Assembly (NCBI GenBank): GCA_963706325.1
Contig: CAVPLT010000001.1
Location: 704,001-768,000, forward strand
Origin: an uncultured Nitrospiraceae bacterium
GTDB lineage: Bacteria > Nitrospirota > Nitrospiria > Nitrospirales > Nitrospiraceae
Length of the DNA: 64,000 nucleotides
Reading direction: 5' to 3'
The notes beneath the pieces were generated by a model that searched no databases, was not told the origin of the DNA, and worked only from the letters and a program-made list of their open reading frames with translations. The position numbers and the translations under genes are program-made. Positions 47,063-58,845 of the stretch are shown in pieces. The stretch's first letter is position 1, and each line of letters opens with the position of its first letter.

Positions 47063-48580
47063 ATGCAGATCAAGGCAGAAGAGATCAGCTCCATCATCAA
47101 AGAGAAGATCAAAGGCTTCGACCAACAGGTCGACGTCAGCCAAACCGGCTCAGTCATCCAGGTCGGAGACGGAATTGCCAAGGTCTACGGATTAGACGGC
47201 GCCATGGCCGGTGAGATGCTGGAGTTTCCGGGCGGTCTATACGGCATTGCGTTAAACCTCGAAGAGGACAATGTCGGCGCCGTGTTGATGGGTGACGATG
47301 TCGGAATAAAAGAGGGTGATCCGGTCAAGAGGACCGGCCGCATCGCCGAAATCCCGGTCGGCGAAGCGTTAATCGGACGGGTGGTAAACGCCATCGGCCA
47401 GCCGATTGACGGCAAGGGCCCAATCACTTCACCGCATTCTTCCCGTATCGAAATGGTAGCGCCCGGAGTGAATACCCGCCAATCCGTTCGCGAGCCACTG
47501 CAAACCGGTATCAAGGCCATTGACGCCATGATTCCAATCGGTCGTGGCCAGCGGGAATTGATCATCGGTGATCGACAGACCGGCAAGACCGCCATCGCCG
47601 TGGATACCATCATCAATCAGAAGGGTCTTGGCGTATTCTGTATCTATGTCGCGGTCGGTCAGAAGCGTTCAACCGTCGCCCGCGTAGTGAAGACTCTCGA
47701 AGAGAACCACGCGATGGAATACAGCATGGTGGTCGCGGCGACCGCCAGTGATCCTGCCCCGATGCAGTACTTAGCGCCATTCTCGGGTGCCGCGCTCGGT
47801 GAATATTTCCGCGATAACGGCAAGCATGCGCTCATTGTGTATGACGACCTGTCGAAGCACGCCGTGGCCTATCGCCAGCTCTCCCTGCTGCTCCGCCGTC
47901 CGCCGGGACGCGAGGCCTATCCGGGCGATGTCTTCTATCTGCACTCCCGGTTGTTAGAGCGTGCCGCGAAGCTGAGCGACAAGCTAGGTGGAGGAAGTTT
48001 GACGGCTCTTCCGATCATCGAAACCCAAGCTGGTGACGTGTCAGCCTACATTCCGACCAACGTCATTTCAATCACGGATGGACAGATTTATCTGGGGAGT
48101 GACTTGTTCTATTCCGGTATTCGTCCCGCCATCAACGTCGGTTTGTCCGTCTCCCGCGTGGGCGGTTCGGCGCAGATCAAAACCATGAAGCAGGTTGCAG
48201 GAACCTTGCGATTGGATCTCGCGCAGTATCGTGAAATGGCGGCGTTCTCCCAGTTCGGTAGCGAACTCGACAAGGCCACGCAAATGCAGTTGGCCCGTGG
48301 TGTGCGCATGGTGGAACTGCTCAAGCAAGGGCAGTACAAACCGATGCCGGTGGCGGATCAGGTGTTGTCGATCTATGCCGGAGTCAACGGATTTTTGGAC
48401 GACGTGCCGGTGGACAAAGTGCTGGCATTCGAGGCGGACCTGCTTCGCTACGTCGCGCAGAACCATCAAGACATGCGGAAGGATCTCGCCACCGTCGGAA
48501 AAATCGACGACAAGGTGGGCGGCAAGCTCAAAGAGATCATCACGACGTTCAAGCAGAAAATGGGCTATGGAGGAAAGTAA
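47063..48580 (+). CDS. atpA: ATP synthase F1 alpha subunit
   Basis: GDRQTGKT and [15 protein letters not shown]. Confidence 0.98.
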   Translation: MQIKAEEISSIIKEKIKGFDQQVDVSQTGSVIQVGDGIAKVYGLDGAMAGEMLEFPGGLYGIALNLEEDNVGAVLMGDDVGIKEGDPVKRTGRIAEIPVGEALIGRVVNAIGQPIDGKGPITSPHSSRIEMVAPGVNTRQSVREPLQTGIKAIDAMIPIGRGQRELIIGDRQTGKTAIAVDTIINQKGLGVFCIYVAVGQKRSTVARVVKTLEENHAMEYSMVVAATASDPAPMQYLAPFSGAALGEYFRDNGKHALIVYDDLSKHAVAYRQLSLLLRRPPGREAYPGDVFYLHSRLLERAAKLSDKLGGGSLTALPIIETQAGDVSAYIPTNVISITDGQIYLGSDLFYSGIRPAINVGLSVSRVGGSAQIKTMKQVAGTLRLDLAQYREMAAFSQFGSELDKATQMQLARGVRMVELLKQGQYKPMPVADQVLSIYAGVNGFLDDVPVDKVLAFEADLLRYVAQNHQDMRKDLATVGKIDDKVGGKLKEIITTFKQKMGYGGK

Positions 48581-48587
48581 GATTGAG

Positions 48588-48613
48588 TGGTGATGTGGTC
48601 TGGTGATGTGATC
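48588..48613 (+). repeat. 13-bp tandem repeat TGGTGATGTGRTC x2 in the atpA-atpG spacer
   Basis: Direct reading; lies at the edge of the error-suspect region. Confidence 0.6.
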
Positions 48614-48682
48614 TAACCCGCGAGGCCGCAGGACCTCAGCACATTGAATTGGCCCAACCTCCACCGTCTGCTTCCGTAAAAA

Positions 48683-49565
48683 ATGCCGAGCTTACAATCA
48701 CTCCGGCTGAAAATTGCCGCCTTCAAGAATACGCAAAAGATCACGAAAGCCATGAAAATGGTTGCGGCGGCGAAGCTCAAGCGCGCTCAGGACCGTATTT
48801 TGGCAGCGCGACCCTATGCCCATAAGATGCGAGGCGTGCTGCGTAATCTGAGCCAACGCGCGAATCGGAGCGCTCATCCTCTACTGCAGAAGCGCGAGGG
48901 AAAGAAAGTTGAAAATCTCGTTGTCACCAGTGTTCGCGGTCATTGCGGTGGCTTCAACGGCAACATCGTGAGAAAGAGCGCCGAATTCGTTCGACAGTGT
49001 GAAGCGCAGGGACTGACGGTCAATCTCAGCATTATCGGTCGCAAGGGTCGTGACTATTTCAGGCGGCGTTCCTGGCCTATCAGGCAGGAATGGGCTGGTA
49101 TTTTCGACAAACTGAGTTTCGAGCATGCGATCGACATCGGCGGCGATCTCACATTTTTTGAGGGGCACGTTCGATGAGCTCTACGTGGGTTACAACGAAT
49201 TTAAGTCTGCGATCCAACAGCGGGTGATCGTGGAAAAATTATTTCCCATTGATGCGGCGACCGATTCGGGGCCGGCCAAAGCGAGGTACACGAGTCTGCC
49301 ATCGGCGGTAGTTATCTCTACGAGCCGGACGAGGGCCAGCTACTGAGTGTCCTGGTCCCGAAACATTTTCAAATTCAGGCGTATCGCATCCTGCTGGAAT
49401 CGGCGGCTGCCGAACACGGGGCGCGCATGGCGGCCATGGACGGCGCGACCCGCAATGCAGGCCAGCTGATTAAAGAAGGTGACCTTGTACTACAACAAGA
49501 CTCGCCAGACAGCGATTACTAAAGAACTGATGGACATCGTCGGCGGCGCGGAGGCTCTGAAATGA
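48683..49565 (+). pseudogene. atpG: ATP synthase F1 gamma subunit with three apparent frameshifts (probably sequence errors)
   Basis: KITKAMKMVAAAKL, then GTFDELY..NEFKS, then YLYEP...ARMAAMDGATRNA, then [24 protein letters not shown] in alternating frames; shifts near 49150-49165, 49262-49285 and 49472. Confidence 0.85.
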
Positions 49566-49597
49566 AATGTGGACTGAGGAATGCTGCCTTGCGGTAA

Positions 49598-51076
<1,479 letters not shown>

Positions 51077-51078
51077 GG

Positions 51079-51175
51079 AGAGGGGCCAACCGAGCGTCCT
51101 CTTTGCTCGCGCAACGCGCAGTCTCGGAGGACCCTCGTCGGACGCGCCCAGTAGAGGACGCCCGCTTCGCCCTCT
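51079..51175. repeat. REP/MITE-like inverted-repeat element in the atpD-atpC spacer
   Basis: AGAGGG/CCCTCT and GCGTCCTCT/AGAGGACGC arms around a GC-rich core; resembles a dispersed Nitrospira repeat (from recall, unverified). Confidence 0.6.
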
Positions 51176-51200
51176 ATAGGACAAGGGAGTAGGAAGAAGA

Positions 51201-51623
51201 ATGGCTGGAAAGATTTTGTTGGAAGTGGTCACGCCGGAGAAGTTGCTCTTGAGCCAGGATGTCGATATGGTGATTGCGCCAGGCTCTGAAGGAGAGTTCG
51301 GTGTGTTGCCGGGCCACTGCCATTTCCTTTCCACGCTACGTATCGGAGAGCTTCGGTATCAGACGGATGAAATCTGGCACTACATGTCGGTCCTTTGGGG
51401 CTTTGCCGAAGTGACGCCCACCAAAGTCACGGTCATGGCGGAAATCGCCGAAAACGCGGAAGACATTGATGTTGATCGAGCCCAGCGAGCGGTTGAACTG
51501 GCTGAACAACGCCTTAAAGCCGGTGGTCTCCCGTCCGAGGTGAAAGACGCTCAAATCAGTTTCGAGAAGGCCCGTCTTCGCAAGAAGCTCGCTGACCGCG
51601 CCCGCAAGACAGGACGCGCCTAG
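51201..51623 (+). CDS. atpC: ATP synthase F1 epsilon subunit
   Basis: LEVVTPEK, GEFGVLPGH and GFAEV. Confidence 0.96.
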   Translation: MAGKILLEVVTPEKLLLSQDVDMVIAPGSEGEFGVLPGHCHFLSTLRIGELRYQTDEIWHYMSVLWGFAEVTPTKVTVMAEIAENAEDIDVDRAQRAVELAEQRLKAGGLPSEVKDAQISFEKARLRKKLADRARKTGRA

Positions 51624-52153
51624 CTCGCGGTTCTCGTTCGTGTCATTCTTTCTTTTCCCCAAAGTGTCCGCCTTTCGCTTCTGCCCAGCCGAACCATGGC
51701 CGTGCGATCAATGGATTCGGTCGTCCCACACGAAACCTTTCCTTGACGGAACAATCTTCTCTGCCATCTCTATGATAGAGCACGAGAGTGTACTCTCGAT
51801 ACCAGATTTATCTCGCGAGGCGTCCTGTCGTGCGATGCTGGATGACTGCAGCAAGCATCGCTTTGGTACGCTGTTGATAGGTGTGAGCTGGGCACGCCTT
51901 TCGGCTGTTGCCAGCAGGCCGAGGGTTTCCTGCCGGTTGGTGACACCTACCCTGCGCGCGAAATGTGACATTTCAAACTGACCTCACTCAAGCACACAGT
52001 CGCAGCCGCTCGATACCGTATGACCTGGTTGACAACCTATGCGCATCTAAAGCTGGCGGTTCTGCCGCCTGTCCGGCAGGCACTGAACGCTTGCAATCCA
52101 TCCCAGGGAAGTTCCAGTGTTCTGTCACCGACCCTGCCGGACTCCAGACCGTG

Positions 52154-52747
52154 TCATTTGACGGGAATGCTGATCATGATCGCTCCCATGACATCATTGA
52201 TTTTGAAGTCACGTTTAGGGCTGTCTTGATGGGCATTGTGGCAGCCGATGCAAGCCTGGGTTACAGCAAGATCGGGATATACGGCCTGGAAGTAACTAAC
52301 GCCCCCTTCCTTCACAAACCCCGTATGAGGTTTGGTGGGATGAGTGAGCACCGCACCCAGCCCTGTCTTCTCAAATTCGCTGGCGGCGGCGTTCCGCTTG
52401 TTGATTGGCCAGAGGCTGATCAATCGATACTGTATGCCAATTCCTTTTTTGGCCATGACGCGCCCTGACTCCAACAGGAATTGAGCTGGCAGCGGCAGCG
52501 TATTCTTCTGTTCCCAATTTTCGGACGCGACCACCACGCCTTTGGACTGCAAGCGCTCGACGACGTGCCTAGTGTAGACATCCCGATCCGCTTCGATCAC
52601 CGCGTGCACATAATCCGCCACCGTCTCGATCGGCAGACTGATCGATCCACCGTCCGCCGTTGTGGTGGTCGGTCGGATCATATCGACGACGGCCAATCCG
52701 CAGGCCAGCATGAGTAGACCCCGGAGCATCTGGGTGGAGAATGTCAT
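52154..52747 (-). CDS. DUF3365 (Tll0287-like) exported heme-c protein
   Basis: Signal peptide; LPLPAQFL, ISLWPIN and CIGCH; AGGAGG SD. Confidence 0.88.
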   Translation of the reverse strand: MTFSTQMLRGLLMLACGLAVVDMIRPTTTTADGGSISLPIETVADYVHAVIEADRDVYTRHVVERLQSKGVVVASENWEQKNTLPLPAQFLLESGRVMAKKGIGIQYRLISLWPINKRNAAASEFEKTGLGAVLTHPTKPHTGFVKEGGVSYFQAVYPDLAVTQACIGCHNAHQDSPKRDFKINDVMGAIMISIPVK

Positions 52748-53185
52748 AAGAACCTCCTGGTTATCCCCGTGAACACGTCGGCACGAGATGCCGCGTCTCT
52801 ATAGGGAGGTGAACCGAGTGCGATCCAGAGGCCGACTGTATGGCTAAGAACAGCGTGGCTGGGTTCAACGGGAAGACGGAATCGGGAGTTTTAAAACACT
52901 GAAAGGGGATGTAAATGAGGTGTGGGCACGGGCGACAATCGAGATGGCTCAAGTTCTTCGTGACGGGCACGTCATAGGAAGGTCCCGAAGGCATCGCCCG
53001 GTTCCTCCATCTGTATGATGCGGCGTGCCCACCAGATCACACAATGACCCATCATACGCTGCAACGTGGAAGTTGTCCAACCGTCCAGAAGCGCAACAGC
53101 CATCGGTGGCCAGCAATGACAATGGGGCCATTTTTCACGCATCCAGGACGTATCCGGATTGCCCCTTTGTTGCCGTGCGAAAGAA

Positions 53186-53761
53186 TTATTGGTTCAGCGG
53201 GATTTCAATGACTAACGCACCCATCACATCATTGAGCGCAAAATCACGTTTGGGGCTTTCCGGGTGCGCATTGTGGCACGCAATACAGGCCTGCGTGACG
53301 GCGCGGTCAGCGTAAACGGCTTGAAAATATCGTTGGCTGGTGGTAGTGACGGTGCTAGCGGCGGATTGTTCAGGGTGTTGCCGTACGGCCTCCAAGCTGT
53401 TCCGTTCCGACTCGGTGGCCGGGGCGTTCTGAGGGTTGATTGGCCACAGACTCATGAGGCGATAACGAACTTTGGTTCCCGTCATGGTGGCCAGGTCATT
53501 CGCCTCGCGAAGGAATTGGGCCGGCAACGGCAAGGTCGTCTTGTCCCTGCGCCAGGTTTCCGCCGCAGATGTGCTGCCTTGCTTCTGCATGCGCTCGACA
53601 ACGTGAATGGTATAGAAAGTCCGGTTAGCCTCTATAACCGCATGCAAATAGTCCGCAACTTGTTCGGGCGGGATTCCCGGCAAGTCCGCCGCCTGGCTTG
53701 TCTGTACAAGTGCGACGAACACCGTCATGCATGTGGCAACCAACGCCTGCTTGATCCCCAT
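53186..53761 (-). CDS. DUF3365 (Tll0287-like) exported heme-c protein, paralog
   Basis: Signal peptide; LPLPAQFL, MSLWPIN and CIACH; AAGGAGG SD. Confidence 0.88.
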   Translation of the reverse strand: MGIKQALVATCMTVFVALVQTSQAADLPGIPPEQVADYLHAVIEANRTFYTIHVVERMQKQGSTSAAETWRRDKTTLPLPAQFLREANDLATMTGTKVRYRLMSLWPINPQNAPATESERNSLEAVRQHPEQSAASTVTTTSQRYFQAVYADRAVTQACIACHNAHPESPKRDFALNDVMGALVIEIPLNQ

Positions 53762-53892
53762 GGCTGCACCTCCTTTTCCTGAGGTCGAACCAACGCTCTA
53801 CGTTCAGCATAGGCGGATTTCCAACTGGAGGCAACGAGCCGATGTTCTCACGTTTGCATTTCGACAGATCCCTGCCGTAGCGTACAGGACTT

Positions 53893-54831
53893 ATGCAAAC
53901 TGAATTTGTCATCACAGCCGGTGAACAGCCGAAGCGATTGGATGTGTTTCTCGTTCATCGCGAGCCGAAACTCTCACGTGCGGCATTGCAGCGGATGATT
54001 ACGGCCGGTTGGGTACGGGTCAACAATCAAATCACCAAGTCGAGCCAGCGACTTAAAGCGGGAGACGTGATCGTCTTTGATTCGCCCCAAGCTGCTCCGT
54101 TGCAGCTTCATGGACAAACAACACGGTTAGAGATTTTGTTCGAGGATCGGGTCTGTCTGGTGTTGAATAAGCCCGCCGGCATCATAGTACACCCGGCGCC
54201 AGGACATTGGTCCAATACGTTATTAAATGCGCTCCTCGACCATTGCGCACCTTCAGGAGGAATGGTCACACCAGGAGTCGTCCATCGCCTGGACAAGGAC
54301 ACGTCAGGGGTGATGGTGGTGGCCAAAACCGAGCAGGCTCATCGTAATCTCGCGATGCAGTTCGAATTCCATTCCATTACTCGTCGCTACGAAGCACTGG
54401 TTTCGAATCTTCCGACGGCATCTGAAGGTCGAATCGATTGTGCGATTGGTCCGGATAGGCACGATCCGAAACGGACTTCTCCGCGAACGCTCCAGCCGAA
54501 ACCCGCCGTCACGGAGTACGGGGTAGAAGAAGCGTTTGGCGCGGTGGCTGCCCGGGTGCTTCTGCGTCCCCACACGGGACGTACTCACCAGATACGGGCC
54601 CACCTCCAGGCGATCGGTCACCCCATCCTGGGTGATAGGATGTATGGGGGCACCCGGGTCGAAGAGGTCTACGGCTATGTCGTGCCTCGTGTCATGCTAC
54701 ATGCACGGACGCTGGGATTCACACATCCCGTCACCGCGGTGTACAGCGAATATACGGCTGCGGCTCCCGCCGATTTTGACGACATGTGTCATAGGCTTCA
54801 AGTTGGGGCACGCACCAGTACAGACGAATGA
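53893..54831 (+). CDS. RluA-family pseudouridine synthase (RluD-like), copy 1
   Basis: S4 domain, NKPAG, HRLDKDTSG and TGRTHQIR. Confidence 0.95.
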   Translation: MQTEFVITAGEQPKRLDVFLVHREPKLSRAALQRMITAGWVRVNNQITKSSQRLKAGDVIVFDSPQAAPLQLHGQTTRLEILFEDRVCLVLNKPAGIIVHPAPGHWSNTLLNALLDHCAPSGGMVTPGVVHRLDKDTSGVMVVAKTEQAHRNLAMQFEFHSITRRYEALVSNLPTASEGRIDCAIGPDRHDPKRTSPRTLQPKPAVTEYGVEEAFGAVAARVLLRPHTGRTHQIRAHLQAIGHPILGDRMYGGTRVEEVYGYVVPRVMLHARTLGFTHPVTAVYSEYTAAAPADFDDMCHRLQVGARTSTDE

Positions 54832-55314
54832 TCACAGCGAAAGCCCTGAAAGGTGTTGATCGAGGTGATGACGTTGGACGAGAAAGTAGGGGAACCGTCC
54901 GAAGGTCAAGTGACAACCGGCCATATAACGCTTGTGGGTTGTGCCGACCGGAATGTGGGTTACCCAACGCACTTCGAACAAGGTCGTTGCTTGTTGCTGT
55001 AAAGCTGGATTTCGCATGGCCACAATCTGTCGGTCCTGTGGTTTGCGATCAAGCAATAGCAAAATGCCGTCAGTACTGATGTTCAAGGAATAGGCTTCGC
55101 CGGGCGATGCAGTCGACTCCTGATCTTGCCCGTCCATCAGTTCATAGGTGCAGCGCGTTCTAATGGCAAATCGCGCATCGATTCGGCGGTCATCCTGGGC
55201 AATGGGCGCTCGTTGACAGAGTAAGTTATCCACACCTCGCTGAGCGGCTATGACCTGCGGCCTTGGCTGTCTGATCAGCACTGTGAGGATTCTGTGGATA
55301 AATTCTGAGGCCAT
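54832..55314 (-). CDS. PilZ domain protein
   Basis: DRRIDAR (RxxxR) and NISTDG (D/NxSxxG) c-di-GMP-binding motifs. Confidence 0.8.
   Translation of the reverse strand: MASEFIHRILTVLIRQPRPQVIAAQRGVDNLLCQRAPIAQDDRRIDARFAIRTRCTYELMDGQDQESTASPGEAYSLNISTDGILLLLDRKPQDRQIVAMRNPALQQQATTLFEVRWVTHIPVGTTHKRYMAGCHLTFGRFPYFLVQRHHLDQHLSGLSL
55226..55301. promoter_or_regulatory. Two perfect DnaA boxes in opposite orientation
   Basis: TTATCCACA at 55226-55234 and TGTGGATAA at 55293-55301. Confidence 0.55.
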
Positions 55315-55365
55315 ACGATGTTCACAATCTCCAGTTTGTCGGAAGCCAAATCCTACGCATGAGAA

Positions 55366-55381
55366 AGCAATTCAGGTGCCG
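55366..55381 (-). promoter_or_regulatory. sigma54 promoter of the PilZ gene
   Basis: CGGCACCTGAATTGCT, near-consensus; candidate activator palindrome TGACAG-N14-CTGTCA at 55456-55481. Confidence 0.75.
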
Positions 55382-55700
55382 GTGATGCGGAAGCTACGCC
55401 ACTACCTAAGGGTATGTTTTTTTTCACGGTGTCTCTTGCGAGAGAGGATCCATCATGACAGTGCCCTGAATTGTCCTGTCAAATTGACCGCAGGTTCAAC
55501 GGAAAATTAACGGTGCGACGCAGCATCGGGGCCGAGACTGGGCAATAAGCGTAGGCGATAACATGTGGATGGCCTGTGGATGACATGGGGGTGACATGTG
55601 CGAGGAGAACCGGAACTGGCGTATCTTGTTTTTGCCCACGGACTATGGCAGCGTACGCGACTGAATGCCGGTGTTCTTAGGCAGTCTCGACGTGCATAGA

Positions 55701-56657
55701 GTGACCACGACGCCGGTTGAGTTCGTCATCACGGCGGGAGAATCGGCCAAACGGATTGACCTGTTTCTTGCTAATCGCGACCCGACCTTTTCCCGGTCAG
55801 CGTTGAAGCGATTGATCGAAGAAGGCTGCATTCAGATCAACGGCCGGATTGTCCGGCCGAGCCAGAAAATAAAACCAGGGGATCGCATTAGGCTCGAAGT
55901 GCCACGGCCGGAGCCGCTTGATCTCCTACCTGAAGCCATTCCGTTTGAGATTCTCTACGAAGACGCAGATGTTTTGGTGCTTAATAAACCAACCGGGCTG
56001 GTCGTCCACCCGGCCCCCGGCAATTGGTCGGGAACGCTGGTGAATGCCTTGCTCCACCACTTTGCGAGCTCAGGTGTAACGCCTTCGCATATCGGAGGCA
56101 GGGAGCGGCCGGGCCTCGTCCATCGGCTGGATAAGGAAACATCCGGGGTCATGGTGATTGCTAAGACAGACCCGTCGCATCGCGCACTAGCCGCGCAGTT
56201 CAAGCTCCATACGATCGCACGGGTGTATGAGGCATTGGTGTGGGGCGTGCCCAAGAAAGGGCATGGGCTCATCGACCTAGCCATTGGACGGGATACGAAA
56301 GAGCGAAAGAAGTTTTCGACGCGATCCACGAAGCCGAAGCCTTCGGCGACCGACTATCAGGTCGAGCAGCGATACGGGAAGATTGCCGCCCGCGTGAAAC
56401 TGTCTCCCCACACTGGTCGGACGCATCAATTGCGAGTGCATCTGACATCCATCGAACATCCGATCTTGGGTGACAAAACCTATGGCGGGACCAAGGTCAT
56501 GACTGTCGGAGACATACCTATTCCGCGAGTGATGCTGCACGCGCGTACGCTGGGGTTTATGCACCCAACCGACAGGACGTTTCACCAGTTTGATGTTCCC
56601 TGTCCGCCTGATATGCAGCAGGTACAAGACCTCCTCGGCGCAGCGACAGCTCATTAG
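55701..56657 (+). CDS. RluA-family pseudouridine synthase (RluD-like), copy 2
   Basis: S4 domain, RPGLVHRLDKETSG and TGRTHQLR; GTG start by alignment to copy 1. Confidence 0.95.
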   Translation: MTTTPVEFVITAGESAKRIDLFLANRDPTFSRSALKRLIEEGCIQINGRIVRPSQKIKPGDRIRLEVPRPEPLDLLPEAIPFEILYEDADVLVLNKPTGLVVHPAPGNWSGTLVNALLHHFASSGVTPSHIGGRERPGLVHRLDKETSGVMVIAKTDPSHRALAAQFKLHTIARVYEALVWGVPKKGHGLIDLAIGRDTKERKKFSTRSTKPKPSATDYQVEQRYGKIAARVKLSPHTGRTHQLRVHLTSIEHPILGDKTYGGTKVMTVGDIPIPRVMLHARTLGFMHPTDRTFHQFDVPCPPDMQQVQDLLGAATAH

Positions 56658-56731
56658 GAGCTCGCTGAGGTGACAGCCTGAGTTAGAATGACGCCGAGCG
56701 CGAGTCGGCGGAAGTGAGGAGAACCTGAGGT

Positions 56732-57154
56732 ATGGAAACTAATACAGTGCTCGATCTGTTGGGCGAATTGCTCGCACAGCTCAAGGGCTATGCGTCTAAG
56801 TTGCCCGCGGTCGTGCATCTCGCTTCAGTGCCGAGCGGAATCAAACCAAAGCCTGAGGCCGTGAAGGTATACGAGCAAGCGCTGTCGCGTTTTCGCGAAC
56901 AAAGCGGCCGGTCTCCATTCAAAGGCCTGCAGGACTACCTGATCGAATCCCTTGAGGCATTCGAAGTCGGCAACGTGCTGGGAGCGGTTCAGCCTCTCCT
57001 CGCCGTCCTCGACCAGATCGATCGCATGCAGCGAGATAACGATATCCGTATGAGCCCGACTGATGAGAAACGGATGGGAGAATACCGTGCGGCACTCAAT
57101 AAGATCCTGCCTGGCAGCCAACCGGAACTCGAGGGAGCTGGACGCGGCATGTAG
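56732..57154 (+). CDS. Hypothetical helical protein
   Basis: 140-aa ORF with GAGG SD. Confidence 0.8.
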   Translation: METNTVLDLLGELLAQLKGYASKLPAVVHLASVPSGIKPKPEAVKVYEQALSRFREQSGRSPFKGLQDYLIESLEAFEVGNVLGAVQPLLAVLDQIDRMQRDNDIRMSPTDEKRMGEYRAALNKILPGSQPELEGAGRGM

Positions 57155-57399
57155 GTCAGTGTCCCATTTTTGGTCCTGTCGCGGTCTCGCCGGCAGTCAC
57201 CAGCCGAAAGCGGACCGTCGATCCACAGTGAGGACATTTCGCGCGGACCGTATTTTCATCAATGACCTCATAGTGGTCTTGTTTGAGCCACATCAATTGA
57301 AAACACTTCGGACAGCTTCGCACTTGCGTTCCCATGGTCTACCCCTTACACTACAGTTGGCCGACTCACCTCTGATCGGAGGGGTTAATTTAGTACAAG

Positions 57400-57840
57400 A
57401 TGCCTCCCGCTCTCAATACCGACGAACAAGCGATCACATTTTCGGACCGCAAAGATTTCGACGCTGCCCAACTCCTTCATTTATATCGTCAGGCGCCCTG
57501 GGCCAAACATCGAGGGCTGCAACCGACCCAATCTATGCTGATACAGACCGATGTTGTCATCTCGGCTTGGGCTGGACCGCGCTTGGTGGCGTTCGGCCGG
57601 GTTCTAACGGATTATGTGTATCGAGCTACGATTTGGGACGTGATCGTCGATCGCGACTATCAACGTCGTCACATCGGCACCGAGATCGTCCAGCGGATTT
57701 TAGACCATCCCACACTTCAGCAGGTCGAGCTTTTCTGGTTGTGCACGCGTATGCCCGGCTTCTATGAACGACTTGGTTTCAGCGCGAAAGAGCAGACCGG
57801 CATGGTGTGGTCTCGTAAGAAGCCAGGGCCGCAACGCTGA
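57400..57840 (+). CDS. GNAT family N-acetyltransferase
   Basis: ATIWDVIVDRDYQRRHIG and FYERLGF. Confidence 0.9.
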   Translation: MPPALNTDEQAITFSDRKDFDAAQLLHLYRQAPWAKHRGLQPTQSMLIQTDVVISAWAGPRLVAFGRVLTDYVYRATIWDVIVDRDYQRRHIGTEIVQRILDHPTLQQVELFWLCTRMPGFYERLGFSAKEQTGMVWSRKKPGPQR

Positions 57841-57922
57841 TCTCAGATCGTACGAGTAATTCCCTCTTCATCCATTCCATCAAGTCGACAGGTGATCAGC
57901 CGGCTCGGACAATCGCGCTCGC

Positions 57923-58744
57923 CTACTGCGGCTGAAGGCGATGCAACCGCTTGGGCGAACAGCAGACTGCAAGGAAGAAGAAGCTCGTGGCGAGCAAGAC
58001 GATGGAGGGACCGGAGGGGAGGTCAAACGCATAGGAGATAAGCACACCGCTCACCGCGCAGAACGTGCCGATCAACATGGAATAGAGGGTCATTTGAGTG
58101 AGGCTATGGGTGAGTTGATATGCGGTGGAAGCCGGAATCAGGATCATTGCGAAGACGAGAATGGCTCCCACGGTTTTTAATGAAATGACCACTGTGAGCG
58201 CCACCAGCGTCAGAAGAAGATAGAAGATCTGCCGTGCCGGCACACCCGAGGCGGCGGCCATTTCTTGGTCGAACGCGATGAAATACAGCTCTTTCGAGAG
58301 CAAGAGAATGGTCCCCAGCACCACCACGCTCAACCCACCGATGGTCATCAGCTCTTCCGGTGTGACCGATAAGACGCTGCCGAACAGGTATCCATACACC
58401 TCCGGATTGTAGCTCTTCATCAGACCAAGAAAGAGGATGGCCAATGCCATGGTGGTGGTATAGAGAATGCCGATGGACACATCCAATTTCATCCGGCCTT
58501 TTTCTTCGACCCAGCCAGTGATCCAGACCGTCGCCAATCCAAAGAGAATCGCGAGACTGAGCGGCGGGAGGCCGACCAGATAGGCCAAGGTGACGCCTGC
58601 AAACGCAGCATGGGCTGTCCCGGCCCCTGCGAAGGCCAAGCCTCGTAGGACTACAAATACGCCGATGACGGAGCAGACAGCGCCCACCAGCGCGGCCGCC
58701 AGGAGCGAACGTTGCATGAAATCGTAGGCGAGCAGCTCTAACAT
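57923..58744 (-). CDS. Zn/Mn ABC transporter permease (ZnuB-like)
   Basis: IGVFVVLRG, YLFGS, VGAILV and PSGPSIV. Confidence 0.92.
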   Translation of the reverse strand: MLELLAYDFMQRSLLAAALVGAVCSVIGVFVVLRGLAFAGAGTAHAAFAGVTLAYLVGLPPLSLAILFGLATVWITGWVEEKGRMKLDVSIGILYTTTMALAILFLGLMKSYNPEVYGYLFGSVLSVTPEELMTIGGLSVVVLGTILLLSKELYFIAFDQEMAAASGVPARQIFYLLLTLVALTVVISLKTVGAILVFAMILIPASTAYQLTHSLTQMTLYSMLIGTFCAVSGVLISYAFDLPSGPSIVLLATSFFFLAVCCSPKRLHRLQPQ

Positions 58745-58845
58745 ATTGTCATGGGGTCATCGGATGTATGAGTGAAGACTGACGAACACGTTTCACGCCT
58801 CGACCGTCACACGCAATGACTACGTGGCACCGGATCTCGCCCATG

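Noticed and set aside
49150..49480. Programmed ribosomal frameshifting in atpG
   Set aside because: It would need three shifts in both directions, and nearby missense-like anomalies point to sequence error
51640..51981. ORFs in the atpC-DUF3365 gap
   Set aside because: No SD and composition does not look protein-like
57063..57767. 234-aa alternative-frame ORF
   Set aside because: Overlaps two better-supported genes in other frames
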